Origin: a virus
Direction: 5' to 3' (one strand)
IMG/VR virus record: IMGVR_UViG_3300029951_000077
Length of the DNA stretch: 34,590 bases
The position numbers and the translations under genes were made by a program. Shown in pieces: positions 8,602 through 17,484 of this stretch (the stretch's first letter is position 1; the number at the start of each line of letters is the position of its first letter). The notes beneath the pieces were generated by a model. That model ran no database searches and was not told where the DNA came from. It saw only the letters and a list, made by a program, of their open reading frames with translations.

Positions 8602-8875
8602 CGACGAACTGATCGCCGAACTGCAAAACCGCGCCGGAGCGGACGGTAGAAGCGACACATGGGTTCTACTCACTGAGGCGGCTGATCGTATCGCCCAGTT
8701 GACAGACAGAACAGACGAACCCAGCGACGGCAAGTTGGACACCCTCTACATCGCTACAGCCAAGGAAGCTCGCGGGACCAACGTGCATTGGCATCACGCG
8801 GGTCTGCGTGCTGTGTGGCGTGCTGGTCGCGCTGCCTCAGAACCCGACAAACCGCGCGAAGGAGAAACAGCATGA
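8594..8875 (+). CDS. hypothetical protein
   Basis: 93-aa ORF. Confidence 0.6.
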   Translation: MTDDELIAELQNRAGADGRSDTWVLLTEAADRIAQLTDRTDEPSDGKLDTLYIATAKEARGTNVHWHHAGLRAVWRAGRAASEPDKPREGETA

Positions 8876-9123
8876 GCGACGCCGAAAAAATCATGGACGC
8901 ACTCAACGAACTGTGGACCTCAGGTGATCTCGTACTCGGCAAACTGCATGTCCGCGATGACCTCATCGACATCCTCGAAACAGCGAAAGCCGACGCCTGG
9001 GACGAAGGCGCGATCTGGGGATTCGACGAACGCGGACCAGTCGATTCGATCCACCTGCAACTCGTTCCCAGCGACAACCCTTACCGGGCAGTACCCGACA
9101 ACACGAAAGACGGAAACGAATGA
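8872..9123 (+). CDS. hypothetical protein
   Basis: ATG 8872 in an ATGA overlap; 83 aa (MSDAEKIMDALNELW...). Confidence 0.6.
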   Translation: MSDAEKIMDALNELWTSGDLVLGKLHVRDDLIDILETAKADAWDEGAIWGFDERGPVDSIHLQLVPSDNPYRAVPDNTKDGNE

Positions 9124-9428
9124 CCGACGAGAAATGCCACTACTGCAAAGCGAAACTAGGTCGCGACAATCACACCGTCGATCACATCGTCCCGCTCAGC
9201 AAAGGCGGCGAAGACAGCGGATGGAACAAAGTACCAGCGTGCGTCCGATGCAACTCCCGCAAAGGCAACAAATGGCCCACCTGCCTATGCAAAACATGCA
9301 CCCAATCGCGGACACGCCACAGACGGATGGGCACAACCATCGAAGGCCCACGCGAAGGCTGGATTCCACCGGGGAAGAAAAAACGACGAGCAACGCGACT
9401 CCAGTTGGCTGTTGGGGGTTCGGAATGA
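9120..9428 (+). CDS. HNH endonuclease (terminase-associated position)
   Basis: CHYCKAKLG..NHTVDHIVPLSKGG...NKVPACVRCNSRKGNK. It lies just upstream of the non-coding region and terS/terL, as in cos phages that need an HNH for packaging. Confidence 0.85.
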   Translation: MTDEKCHYCKAKLGRDNHTVDHIVPLSKGGEDSGWNKVPACVRCNSRKGNKWPTCLCKTCTQSRTRHRRMGTTIEGPREGWIPPGKKKRRATRLQLAVGGSE

Positions 9429-10096
9429 AAGACGACAACTTCCTCCTGGACTCAATCGACCGACTCACCCTGAACCACATCACCAAAGTCCTGCAAACGA
9501 AGCAGGTCGGGGACCTCGAGATAGCTTGCATCTCCGACGTCGACCACGCACCCCTGCTACGTATGCTCCGCGACGCTGTAGCGACCGGTAACGACGGGAA
9601 GAACGGTGCAACCTCCGGTAGCTCATTCCTCCCCATCAACCCCGCAGCAGTCGAAATGTGGGATGCCATCGTGAAGCAGATCAACACCTGGCACAGGGCC
9701 CTCCCCGCGCCACGCGAACACAAGTACATCTGGGAACGCCTCCGGGAATGGTACGTCGACTACGAGAACCGCCGCCGCGCCGGCAAGATCACCGAATCAA
9801 TGGAAGCCGACACCCTCAAACTCGTCGAAGGGTGGGCACGAAACATCTCCGCGATGTTCGACCCACCCGTGACCCTCGAAATCACCTCCCCATGCCCGAT
9901 CTGTGGGGAACGGTGGGCATTCGATCCGAGGACAGGCGACCAGATAGGTGCCCTGATCATCGAATACCGCAACGTGGGCGCTGAAACCCTCGACAAAGCC
10001 ACCGGACTATGCCGGTCCTGCGCGAACGTCTGGCACGGCCGCTCAGCACTCCGCGAACTCCGCTTCGACATCGAAACCCACGAGGAAGTCGCATGA
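9425..10096 (+). CDS. hypothetical protein with a C-terminal Cys4 zinc-ribbon-like motif
   Basis: ATG 9425 in an ATGA overlap with the HNH stop; 223 aa. Motif: SPCPICGERW ... GLCRSCANVW. The upstream in-frame extension to 8924 is R/S/T-rich junk overlapping two good genes. Confidence 0.65.
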   Translation: MKDDNFLLDSIDRLTLNHITKVLQTKQVGDLEIACISDVDHAPLLRMLRDAVATGNDGKNGATSGSSFLPINPAAVEMWDAIVKQINTWHRALPAPREHKYIWERLREWYVDYENRRRAGKITESMEADTLKLVEGWARNISAMFDPPVTLEITSPCPICGERWAFDPRTGDQIGALIIEYRNVGAETLDKATGLCRSCANVWHGRSALRELRFDIETHEEVA

Positions 10097-10101
10097 GCAA
10101 C

Positions 10102-10133
10102 GTTCCGGGAACACAGAGTTGCGTTCCCGGAAC
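10102..10133 (+). terminator. hairpin ending the early operon (11-bp perfect stem)
   Basis: GTTCCGGGAAC (10102-10112), loop ACAGAGTTGC, GTTCCCGGAAC (10123-10133), 6 nt after the stop at 10096. No U-tract. Confidence 0.4.
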
Positions 10134-10465
10134 AGCTGATGACACACCCACTTCATAGCTTGCAACCTATATAGGCCAGAAGCTATGCTTTAGCCACTTC
10201 GCATTACTATGCCCGAAGACGACCACAATCGTCCCGGGCATTCAACATTCTTCGCGATTCGGCATCGGTGGACCGACCAAGGGCGACCAGCAGCAACTAG
10301 GTAGCAGGCCACCGAATCGCGAACCCCCGTTGGTCAAGACGCCGGTAAGCCGACGACGCACCGAGTTTCCCAGCAGAGAGCGCGTCTAGCCTCACGTCGC
10401 ACCAACAACCAAACCACGAGGCGAAACGCCTCCACACGCGCCGAAACGGTGCAACGAGGTGAACC
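10134..10465. other. structured non-coding region, probable cos/packaging-recognition site and late promoter region
   Basis: Largest non-coding stretch in the genome, between HNH/Zn-ribbon genes and terS, and locally AT-richer. It holds the 10-bp palindrome CCTATATAGG (10166-10175) nested in the 8-bp inverted repeat CATAGCTT/AAGCTATG (10154-10161 / 10190-10197), plus an imperfect hairpin at 10211-10239. Confidence 0.35.
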
Positions 10466-10954
10466 ATGGCCGCTGCAACGTTCGACGTCAAACGCGGTCA
10501 TGAAGCTCGTGCGCTGTTCGATGATGGGCATTCGTGCCGGCAGATCGCGGCGAAGCTGAATGTTGCGCCGTCGACTGTTTCGCGGTGGGCGAAGGACAAC
10601 GGGCTCGCGTTCGACCGTTCTCAGACTGCGATCGCTGTTCGGGCGCACACCATTGATCTGGCTGCTGACCGTTTGGAGCTCGCGCAGCTGATGATTGTTG
10701 CGGCTCGGGATCTGCTGCATTCGCTTGATGGCGAGTATCTGGTGTACAACTTCGGCGGCAAAGACAACGACTACAACGAGCATCTTCTCGACCGGCCACC
10801 TGTTGAGGTGGTCCGTAATGCGGTGACGACGGCGGCGATCGCGTTCGATAAGGCCACGAAGGCGACTGAGGGTTCGAATCCTGGCGAGGCTGCCGCCGTT
10901 TCACTGTTGACGGGGATCGCTTCGATGCTCGGTGTCAAAGGCCCAGACCAGTAG
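10466..10954 (+). CDS. terS: terminase small subunit (N-terminal HTH)
   Basis: RBS GAGGTG. HTH: HSCRQIAAKLNVAPSTVSRWAKDNG. It is immediately upstream of terL and overlaps it. Confidence 0.75.
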   Translation: MAAATFDVKRGHEARALFDDGHSCRQIAAKLNVAPSTVSRWAKDNGLAFDRSQTAIAVRAHTIDLAADRLELAQLMIVAARDLLHSLDGEYLVYNFGGKDNDYNEHLLDRPPVEVVRNAVTTAAIAFDKATKATEGSNPGEAAAVSLLTGIASMLGVKGPDQ

Positions 10955-12260
10955 ACAGGTCGGTTGGGTGCCAGAAAACACGGGGTTAGACGTTTTCCTC
11001 TCCGATGCGCAACTCGATTCGGTGAAAGATTCCGATGGTCGAGTCTGCATTTGGGAAGGATCAATCCGGTCCGGCAAAACGCTCGGGTCGCTGATCCGGT
11101 TCCTGATATTCGTCGCCACCGCACCCGCGGGCGGCCAACTCGTTGTCATCGCCCGCACCCGTGACACTGCAGCACGGAACGTGTTCGCACCATTGCAGGA
11201 CGAGTCACTGTTCGGCATCGTCGCCTCACAGGTCCGTTACACGGCCGGTGCACCATCCGGCACCATCCTGGGACGCACCGTCTACGTCATCGGCGCTTCG
11301 GATGCGAAGTCGGAGAAGGTGCTCCGCGGTCTCACTGTCGCTGGTGCGTATGTGGATGAGATCACCGTCATTCCTGAGGAGTTCTTCACCCAACTGCTTG
11401 GTCGCATGTCGGTGAAGGGTGCGCAACTTTTCGGCACCACCAACCCCGACAATCCGGCGCACTGGCTGAAACGCCGTTTCCTCGACCGCATCACCGAGTT
11501 GACGGATTGGCGTCGCTTCCACTTCACTCTCAAAGACAACCCTTCACTGACACCCGAATACATTGAGTCGATCTCACGCGAGTTCACGGGGCTCTGGTAC
11601 CGCAGGTTCATCCAAGGTGAATGGGTTGCTGCTGAGGGTGCCATTTACTCGATGTGGGATCAAGACATCCACGTTGTCCCATGGCAGGATCTACCGCCGA
11701 TGCGCCGGCTCCTCGCGGTCGGTGTCGACTACGGCACCACGAACCCCACCGCAGCCGTCATCCTCGGTATCGCTGACGTCCTCGACGATTACGGTCGCCG
11801 TGTCGACTGCAGACTGTACGCGGTCGATGAGTGGGGCCACAACCCGGCGCAAACGTCGACACGTCTCACTGATCAGCAACTATCCGAAGGTTTCCGAACC
11901 TGGCTCGCAGGCGAGCACCTGCCGTACAAGACCGCGCTTGAACCCGAATGGGTGTTCCTCGACCCTGCCGCAGCATCGTTCCAAGTGCAGCTTCAAGAGG
12001 ACGGCGTCAGGAACCTGCGGCACGCCGACAACTCAGTCAGCTACGGCATCGGCACTGTCGCTTCCCTGCTCGCATCCGGTCACCTGTTCACCACCACACG
12101 GACACCGTCGCTGAATCAGGAAATCCCCGGCTACTCGTGGGACACGAAAGCGACCGATAAGGGCGAAGACAAACCGGTGAAAGTCGCCGACCACTGGTTA
12201 GACGCTTTCCGGTACGCGATCGTCACCACCGAAACCGTCTGGCGTCAACTCATCAACTAA
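10932..12260 (+). CDS. terL: terminase large subunit
   Basis: Walker A GSIRSGKT; Walker B AYVDEITVI; FGTTNPDNPAHWLKRRF. Nuclease motifs VGVDYGTTNPTA and ADHWLDAFRYA. GTG start; an alternative GTG is at 10968. Confidence 0.95.
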   Translation: MSKAQTSRQVGWVPENTGLDVFLSDAQLDSVKDSDGRVCIWEGSIRSGKTLGSLIRFLIFVATAPAGGQLVVIARTRDTAARNVFAPLQDESLFGIVASQVRYTAGAPSGTILGRTVYVIGASDAKSEKVLRGLTVAGAYVDEITVIPEEFFTQLLGRMSVKGAQLFGTTNPDNPAHWLKRRFLDRITELTDWRRFHFTLKDNPSLTPEYIESISREFTGLWYRRFIQGEWVAAEGAIYSMWDQDIHVVPWQDLPPMRRLLAVGVDYGTTNPTAAVILGIADVLDDYGRRVDCRLYAVDEWGHNPAQTSTRLTDQQLSEGFRTWLAGEHLPYKTALEPEWVFLDPAAASFQVQLQEDGVRNLRHADNSVSYGIGTVASLLASGHLFTTTRTPSLNQEIPGYSWDTKATDKGEDKPVKVADHWLDAFRYAIVTTETVWRQLIN

Positions 12261-12270
12261 GGCCATCCCC

Positions 12271-12486
12271 ATGGAACTCCCCGAAGCCATCGCCTCCGCA
12301 CGCCGCGACGCCGCCCTGAAAGCGCTCGGCATCAGCACCGAAGTCGCACGAGACATCCTCTCCGTCACGATCACCCCTCACGAGGTCGTCGTTTCGCACC
12401 TGGTTCGCACCCCTAACGGCAAACCCGCGATCAGCGGCGACCACTTCCTCACCGGGTCCGTCGCCATCCCTTTCATCAAGCTGTAG
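12271..12486 (+). CDS. hypothetical small protein between terL and portal
   Basis: 71-aa ORF. Confidence 0.6.
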   Translation: MELPEAIASARRDAALKALGISTEVARDILSVTITPHEVVVSHLVRTPNGKPAISGDHFLTGSVAIPFIKL

Positions 12487-12495
12487 GAGGCTGCT

Positions 12496-14205
12496 GTGCC
12501 GCTTCCCGCCAACGGTCTCACAATCTGGCCGCCCGAGAACCTCGCAGCCCCATACGAGTCATTCCAACTCTTCGACGCCTGGTACACCTCCGACACCGAC
12601 ACCCTGTCGCGCCTGTACTCGGACACGTCACCGCAGAACGTCACCACCTCCATCTGGGGGCAGTTGAAAAGACGGTTCTGGGGAACACCAACACCGGGTC
12701 TGACGTCGCAGCGTCCCGTGAAAATGCATGTCCCGGTCGCGGCTGAGGTTTCCCGGATGTCGTCGCAGATCCTGTTCGGACAAATGCCGGACGTGTCATT
12801 CGAGGAACCCGATGCTGAGGCAACGGACGACGAGATCCCCGTCGAAGGTGACAAGCCGAAACCGCCAACACCCACACAGATCAGCACGGAACGTCTCAGC
12901 GACATCCTCGACGACTCTGCACACGCCGCCCTGCTCGCCGGAGCCGAGTATGCGTCCGCTCATGGTGGTTCGTACTTGCGGGTCATCTGGAACGCCGACG
13001 TGGTCCCAGACAAACCGCTCCTTGATGTGGTCGCGGCGGATTGCGCTGTCCCACAGTTCTGGATGAACCGCCTCCAATCTGTGATCTTCTGGCGTGAGCT
13101 CGCACCGAAAGCGGGTTCGAAGTCGACGTGGCGTCTGCTCGAGTGCCATTCCCGCGGCCGCATCGAGTACGGCCTGTACGAAGCACCCGATTCCAAGGGT
13201 CTTGGTTTCGTTCAGCCGCTCGCCGACCACCCAGACACCGAATATCTTGCTGACGTTGTCGATTCGGATGCTGGTGTCGACACGGGCTCTGACCTGCTGA
13301 CTGCCGTCTACATTCCGAACATTGCCCCGAACGGTGCTTGGCGGAAACTGCCTGGCGCGTCCGCGCTCGGTCGCAGCGATTACCTCGGCGTCGAAGACCT
13401 CATGGACCAGTTGGATGAGGTGTACACGGCATGGATGCGTGACATCCGTCTCGGTAAAGCTCGCATGATCGTCCCGAAGGGTTTCCTGCAGGTCGGCACA
13501 ACCGGTTCAGGATCAACGTTCAACGCCGACCAGGAAGTGTTCGTCGAACCCGCCACCACCGCACCATCGTCGGTGAAGGACAACGAGTCCTCGTTCGAGT
13601 ACTTCCAGCCCTCGATCCGCACCCAAGACCACATGGACGCGGTCGTGCACCTGCTGGCACGCATCTACGCCGCGTGTGGGTTCTCACCGCAGTCGTTCGG
13701 TGACGCTGGTGGCGATTCGTCGCAGATCACCGCAACCGAGGTGACGGCGCGGGAGAAACTCACCATCCTGACCCGGCAGGCGAAGATCCTGTACTGGCGT
13801 CCGCAACTGTCCACGATTCTCGCAGCCCTCATGGATGTTGACGAGTTCGTGTTCTCAGGTCCCGGCCGCGGTGACGCTATGCCGCAGATCGAGTTCGCTG
13901 ACGCTGCCGCGCAAGACCCCAAAATCCTTGCCGACACGTTGCAGGCCCTCAACCTGTCGGAGTCCGCGTCGATCGAAACCCGTGTGCAGATGCTGCACGA
14001 GGACTGGACCGAGGTGCAGATCAAAGCGGAGGTTGCGCAGATCCGCGAGGACTACTCGATGCTGCCTGACCCGTCAGAGAAGAACCTGTGGGCTGCCGTC
14101 GCTGGCAACGGTTCGAACACGGGCGGCGTGAATGTGAAGGCCATCCAGGGTGTCGAGGACACCGGAACGCCGGAGGACGACGATGCCGCAGGAGCCGACG
14201 CCTGA
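12496..14205 (+). CDS. portal protein
   Basis: 569 aa. GTG start 5 nt after AGGAGG. Position follows terL and precedes the MuF-like gene; acidic C-terminus. Confidence 0.85.
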   Translation: MPLPANGLTIWPPENLAAPYESFQLFDAWYTSDTDTLSRLYSDTSPQNVTTSIWGQLKRRFWGTPTPGLTSQRPVKMHVPVAAEVSRMSSQILFGQMPDVSFEEPDAEATDDEIPVEGDKPKPPTPTQISTERLSDILDDSAHAALLAGAEYASAHGGSYLRVIWNADVVPDKPLLDVVAADCAVPQFWMNRLQSVIFWRELAPKAGSKSTWRLLECHSRGRIEYGLYEAPDSKGLGFVQPLADHPDTEYLADVVDSDAGVDTGSDLLTAVYIPNIAPNGAWRKLPGASALGRSDYLGVEDLMDQLDEVYTAWMRDIRLGKARMIVPKGFLQVGTTGSGSTFNADQEVFVEPATTAPSSVKDNESSFEYFQPSIRTQDHMDAVVHLLARIYAACGFSPQSFGDAGGDSSQITATEVTAREKLTILTRQAKILYWRPQLSTILAALMDVDEFVFSGPGRGDAMPQIEFADAAAQDPKILADTLQALNLSESASIETRVQMLHEDWTEVQIKAEVAQIREDYSMLPDPSEKNLWAAVAGNGSNTGGVNVKAIQGVEDTGTPEDDDAAGADA

Positions 14206-15316
14206 GTCTGACGGGTACGCGAACCAACTCGCCGCCATCTACGCGCTCGCGCAGCAACTGATCTTCGAACGAGTCACCGCGATCCTTCGCCGGACTTTCC
14301 CGGATCTTGCCTCACAGCAGGTGGCGCGGATTCAGATTCGCCGGGTCACCAACGACATTGTTTCTCGGCTTGTGTACCAGACGAACCCGCTGGTGCAGAA
14401 GATGATCACCGCCGCTGTCAGTGAGGGTGAGAAAGCCGCGGACGGTGCCATTGCCGCTGCTGGTGGACCACCTCCACCGCCTGGCAGTTCGCTCGAGCGT
14501 CTGTTCGACGACACACCGTTTGACCTGTCGATGCCGCATTCGGAACGTGCCGCGCAGGCAATCCGGGATGACATCACCTCCGAGTTGCAGGATGTCCGTT
14601 TCCGTCTCACCCGACTCCCGGACGACATCTACAAGGCGATCGCACCGCACGGCGGGATCGGCCAGGTCCTCGACAACGGTTTCACCCCGGCGCACGCGCA
14701 AGCGGTCGCGTGGCGGGTGTTCGTGTCGAAAGGCATCACGGGGTTCACCGATAAGGCTGGCCGGAACTGGTCACTGTCCGCATACACGGAGATGGCCGTC
14801 CGCACAGCGTCATTGCGGGCGTTCAACGCTTCCCATCTGGCACGCATGACCGCGGTGGGCATCAAATATGTGACGGTCACCGACGATGGGCATCCGTGCC
14901 CGTTGTGCCTTCCCTGGCAGAACCGTGTGTTGGCGATCTCACCGGATGGGCTCGGCACACCGACCATTGCGGATGCTGTCGCTGCTGGTCTGCATCATCC
15001 GAACTGCCGGCACACCTGGGTTGCCGTCATTCCCGGGGTTACGAAACTTCCCCCGGTGCAGGAATGGACGCCTGAGCATGCTGCCGCGTACAACGCGACG
15101 CAGAAGCAGCGTGCGATCGAACGCGACATCAGGAAGAACAAACTCGTCGCCCAGCACGCCCTCGACACGGATGTGAAGACGGATGCTCTCGCGGATGTGC
15201 GACGCCAGCAGGCGAACCTCCGCGCGCATATCGCCGAGCACGGTCTGAAACGGCAGTCACGCCGCGAGCAACCCGACCTGTCGAACGGGCGCATCAAACT
15301 CCCCACCCCGCAATAG
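14183..15316 (+). CDS. MuF-like minor capsid / head morphogenesis protein
   Basis: ATG 14183 follows GGAGGA (ORF open from 14150). Signature: DDGHPCPLCLPWQN ... HHPNCRHTW, as in Phage_Mu_F/SPP1 gp7. Confidence 0.85.
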   Translation: MPQEPTPESDGYANQLAAIYALAQQLIFERVTAILRRTFPDLASQQVARIQIRRVTNDIVSRLVYQTNPLVQKMITAAVSEGEKAADGAIAAAGGPPPPPGSSLERLFDDTPFDLSMPHSERAAQAIRDDITSELQDVRFRLTRLPDDIYKAIAPHGGIGQVLDNGFTPAHAQAVAWRVFVSKGITGFTDKAGRNWSLSAYTEMAVRTASLRAFNASHLARMTAVGIKYVTVTDDGHPCPLCLPWQNRVLAISPDGLGTPTIADAVAAGLHHPNCRHTWVAVIPGVTKLPPVQEWTPEHAAAYNATQKQRAIERDIRKNKLVAQHALDTDVKTDALADVRRQQANLRAHIAEHGLKRQSRREQPDLSNGRIKLPTPQ

Positions 15317-15382
15317 CGGCCCACAAGCCTGCGCCGAAACGGCGTAGTTCCCCACCAAACCCGAAATGGGAGCAACAGACCA

Positions 15383-15958
15383 ATGTCCGAAACCACAGAA
15401 GCGACTACTGAGCAGACAGCAGCGACCGAAACGGCCGCCACCGAAGCACAGCAGGCAGCTGCCGAAACATCAACGCTCGATCTCACCAACCTGCCCGCTG
15501 ACCACCCGCTGGTCAAGGCACTCGCCGCCCAGAAGGAAGAGCTTCGCGAACTGCGACCGCTCAAGTCGAAGGCCAAGCAGTGGGACGAGTTCGAAGAAGC
15601 GAACAAAACCGAGCTCCAGAAGGTACAGGACCGCGCCGCAGCGGCCGAGGCACGAGCTGCCGAAGCCGAAACACGCGCTCTCCGTGCGGACATCGCCAGT
15701 AAAACCGGTGTCCCCTCCGAGCTCATCCACGGTGCAACAGCCGAGGACATGGAAGCGTCCGCGCAGGCAGCACTCGCATTCAAAGGCTCAACCACCACAG
15801 CAGCTCGTTCAGGTGGCGCGGACATCAACGGCGGCCAAGGCCAGCCGAAGACATATTCGCAAGCACGGATGCAATCCGATCACGCCTACTACGTCGAGAA
15901 CCGCGACGCGATCCTCGCAGCACAGGCCGAACCGGGAGCTCCGCGCATCACCCCGTAA
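15383..15958 (+). CDS. capsid scaffolding protein
   Basis: Acidic, Ala/Glu-rich coiled coil (QKVQDRAAAAEARAAEAETRALRADIA) directly upstream of the major capsid gene. Confidence 0.75.
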   Translation: MSETTEATTEQTAATETAATEAQQAAAETSTLDLTNLPADHPLVKALAAQKEELRELRPLKSKAKQWDEFEEANKTELQKVQDRAAAAEARAAEAETRALRADIASKTGVPSELIHGATAEDMEASAQAALAFKGSTTTAARSGGADINGGQGQPKTYSQARMQSDHAYYVENRDAILAAQAEPGAPRITP

Positions 15959-15973
15959 AGGAAGTGAACCAGC

Positions 15974-16885
15974 ATGGCTAACGTCACTGGTACCTCAGCA
16001 GCACCCTTCATCCCAACCATTTGGGCCAACGAGGCCCTCGAGATCCTGCGCCCGAACTACGTCATGGCACCGCTGGTCACCCGTGACAGCGACCTTGCCA
16101 CGTTCGAGGTAGGAAACATTCTGTCCATCCCGTACCCGGGTGTTCTGGCGGCGAACGCGAAGGTCGCGAACACCCCGGTCACCAAGCAGGTGCCCACCTC
16201 GACGTCGACCACGGTCACGCTGAACAGGCACTTCGAGGCGACGATCCTCGTGGAGGATTTCGCGAAGGCTCAGGCGCTCCCGTACCTGATGAAGTCGTAC
16301 ATCGGCGCGCAGGTCGCGGCGATCGCCACCCAGGTGGAAACCGACATCATCGCCCTGTACTCGGGTTTCTCGGGTTCACTCGGAACGGCCGGCACCGACC
16401 TGTCCGCTGCAACTCTGCGTGCGGTGAACAAGAAGTTCACCGACAACCTTGTTCCTCGCCAGAACCGGCACATGCTGATCTCGACGAAGGACACGGCGGC
16501 GCTCCTCGCGGACTCGACCTTGTCGAACTACTTCGCGTACAACTCGTCGAGCCGTGGTGACATCAGCAACGGTCTCGTGTCGCAGGACATCTTCGGTCTG
16601 CAGCTTCACGAGTCGCAGCTTGTCCCGACGACCGGTTCCGCACCGATCGCCACCCACGACCTCGCATTCGACCCGGGCGCGATCATCCTCGCGTCCCGTG
16701 CGCTGCCGCAGGCACCCACCGGTGAAGGCACAGCGCAGGCAACTGTGACCGACCCCAACTCGGGGCTCGTGCTGCGGGTGACGATGTCGTACAACAACGA
16801 CAACCTCGGCACGCAGGTCACCATCGACACCCTTTACGGTGTTTCGATCCTCCGCGACGCGAAGGGCTTCCAGGTACTCACCTAG
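15974..16885 (+). CDS. major capsid protein
   Basis: 303 aa, RBS AAAGGAAG. N-terminus MANVTGTSAAPFIPTIWANEALEILR is typical of actinophage major capsid proteins. Position follows the scaffold gene. Confidence 0.85.
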   Translation: MANVTGTSAAPFIPTIWANEALEILRPNYVMAPLVTRDSDLATFEVGNILSIPYPGVLAANAKVANTPVTKQVPTSTSTTVTLNRHFEATILVEDFAKAQALPYLMKSYIGAQVAAIATQVETDIIALYSGFSGSLGTAGTDLSAATLRAVNKKFTDNLVPRQNRHMLISTKDTAALLADSTLSNYFAYNSSSRGDISNGLVSQDIFGLQLHESQLVPTTGSAPIATHDLAFDPGAIILASRALPQAPTGEGTAQATVTDPNSGLVLRVTMSYNNDNLGTQVTIDTLYGVSILRDAKGFQVLT

Positions 16886-16896
16886 GCAGCACAGTT

Positions 16897-16924
16897 CCTT
16901 TCACGCATATGACGGCGTGAAGGG
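16897..16924 (+). terminator. hairpin after the capsid gene (10-bp stem with one G-U)
   Basis: CCTTTCACGC - ATATGACG - GCGTGAAGGG, followed by TT. Confidence 0.45.
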
Positions 16925-16963
16925 TTCTGCGCCAGCTAGGCGTTTCAAACGAAAGGAATCATC

Positions 16964-17194
16964 ATGGCAAAGGCAACAGACCCCAACGAGATCCCCGACA
17001 CCCCGTCTGTCATCACCCCCGGCAAGCCGATCGAGGGTTTCTCGGCGGACACGCACGGTGAACCGGTCGAGTTCCCCGAAGGTGTCCCTGCAGGGTACGA
17101 GGACGGTCCTGAGGTGAAGTCGGACCTGTCCAAGGTTCCCGAAGACGGGCAGACGCATTTCAAGCACGGCAACTTCCCCGAGGACGCTAAGTGA
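16964..17194 (+). CDS. hypothetical acidic/Pro-rich head-module protein
   Basis: 76-aa ORF, RBS GAAAGGAA. Confidence 0.6.
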   Translation: MAKATDPNEIPDTPSVITPGKPIEGFSADTHGEPVEFPEGVPAGYEDGPEVKSDLSKVPEDGQTHFKHGNFPEDAK

Positions 17195-17481
17195 GCGACG
17201 ACACCACGAAGTACATCGAGAACGAGGCTGGCGGTGTCACCGCGGTCACGCTCGAGCATTTCGAGGCGTACCTGCAGGAAACCACCAACGCTGGCCGCAC
17301 CTACCTCCTTCACGGGTACAAGGAACTCACGGCCGCTGAGGCGAAGAAACGCAACCCGCAGTTGTTCGGTGTCCCCGACCCGCGTGTTGTCCTCACCGAT
17401 GACGAGCTCGTGAGAGCTGCGAACCGCAAGAAACTGCTCGCCGAGATCCACGCCGAGCAGGCCGAATCTGCCAAGGAGTAA
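17191..17481 (+). CDS. hypothetical head-module protein
   Basis: 96-aa ORF, GTGA overlap. Confidence 0.6.
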   Translation: MSDDTTKYIENEAGGVTAVTLEHFEAYLQETTNAGRTYLLHGYKELTAAEAKKRNPQLFGVPDPRVVLTDDELVRAANRKKLLAEIHAEQAESAKE

Positions 17482-17484
17482 CTG

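Noticed and set aside
8924-9424. Upstream 167 codons of the 390-aa ORF 8924-10096, which would make one large protein overlapping two genes.
   Set aside because: This part translates to R/S/T/Q-rich junk. It overlaps the well-formed 8872-9123 ORF and the HNH gene. ATG 9425 makes a clean ATGA junction with the HNH stop.
10297-10783. Minus-strand ORFs 10297-10491 and 10334-10783 in the cos/terS region as possible regulators.
   Set aside because: Their translations are Arg-rich junk. They overlap terS in antisense, have no RBS, and have no partner genes on that strand.
10871-10881. GGTTCGAATCC, a tRNA T-loop-like motif that could mark a tRNA gene or a tRNA-derived attP core.
   Set aside because: It lies inside the terS coding frame. 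The flanking bases do not form a T-stem (about 3 bp) or any acceptor or anticodon arm. The location is far from the integrase.
14183-15316. A possible polymorphic toxin domain at the C-terminus of the MuF-like protein.
   Set aside because: Only about 100 aa follow the HPNCRHT motif. They are a Lys/Arg/Gln-rich helical tail typical of ordinary MuF proteins. No extra globular domain or adjacent immunity-like gene is present.
14995-15828. Long antisense or alternate-frame ORFs in the supplied track. Examples: 14995-15828(-) 277 aa, 16945-17805(-) 286 aa, 25363-26085(-) 240 aa, 28879-29661(-) 260 aa, 32745-33455(-) 236 aa, 33728-34372(-) 214 aa, 15366-16112(+) 248 aa.
   Set aside because: All lie entirely inside well-supported genes on the other strand or frame (MuF, scaffold, capsid, tail, lysis). 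Their translations are Arg/Ser/Ala/Pro-rich low-complexity strings typical of stop-poor off-frames in high-GC DNA. None has a plausible RBS or coupling to neighbours.
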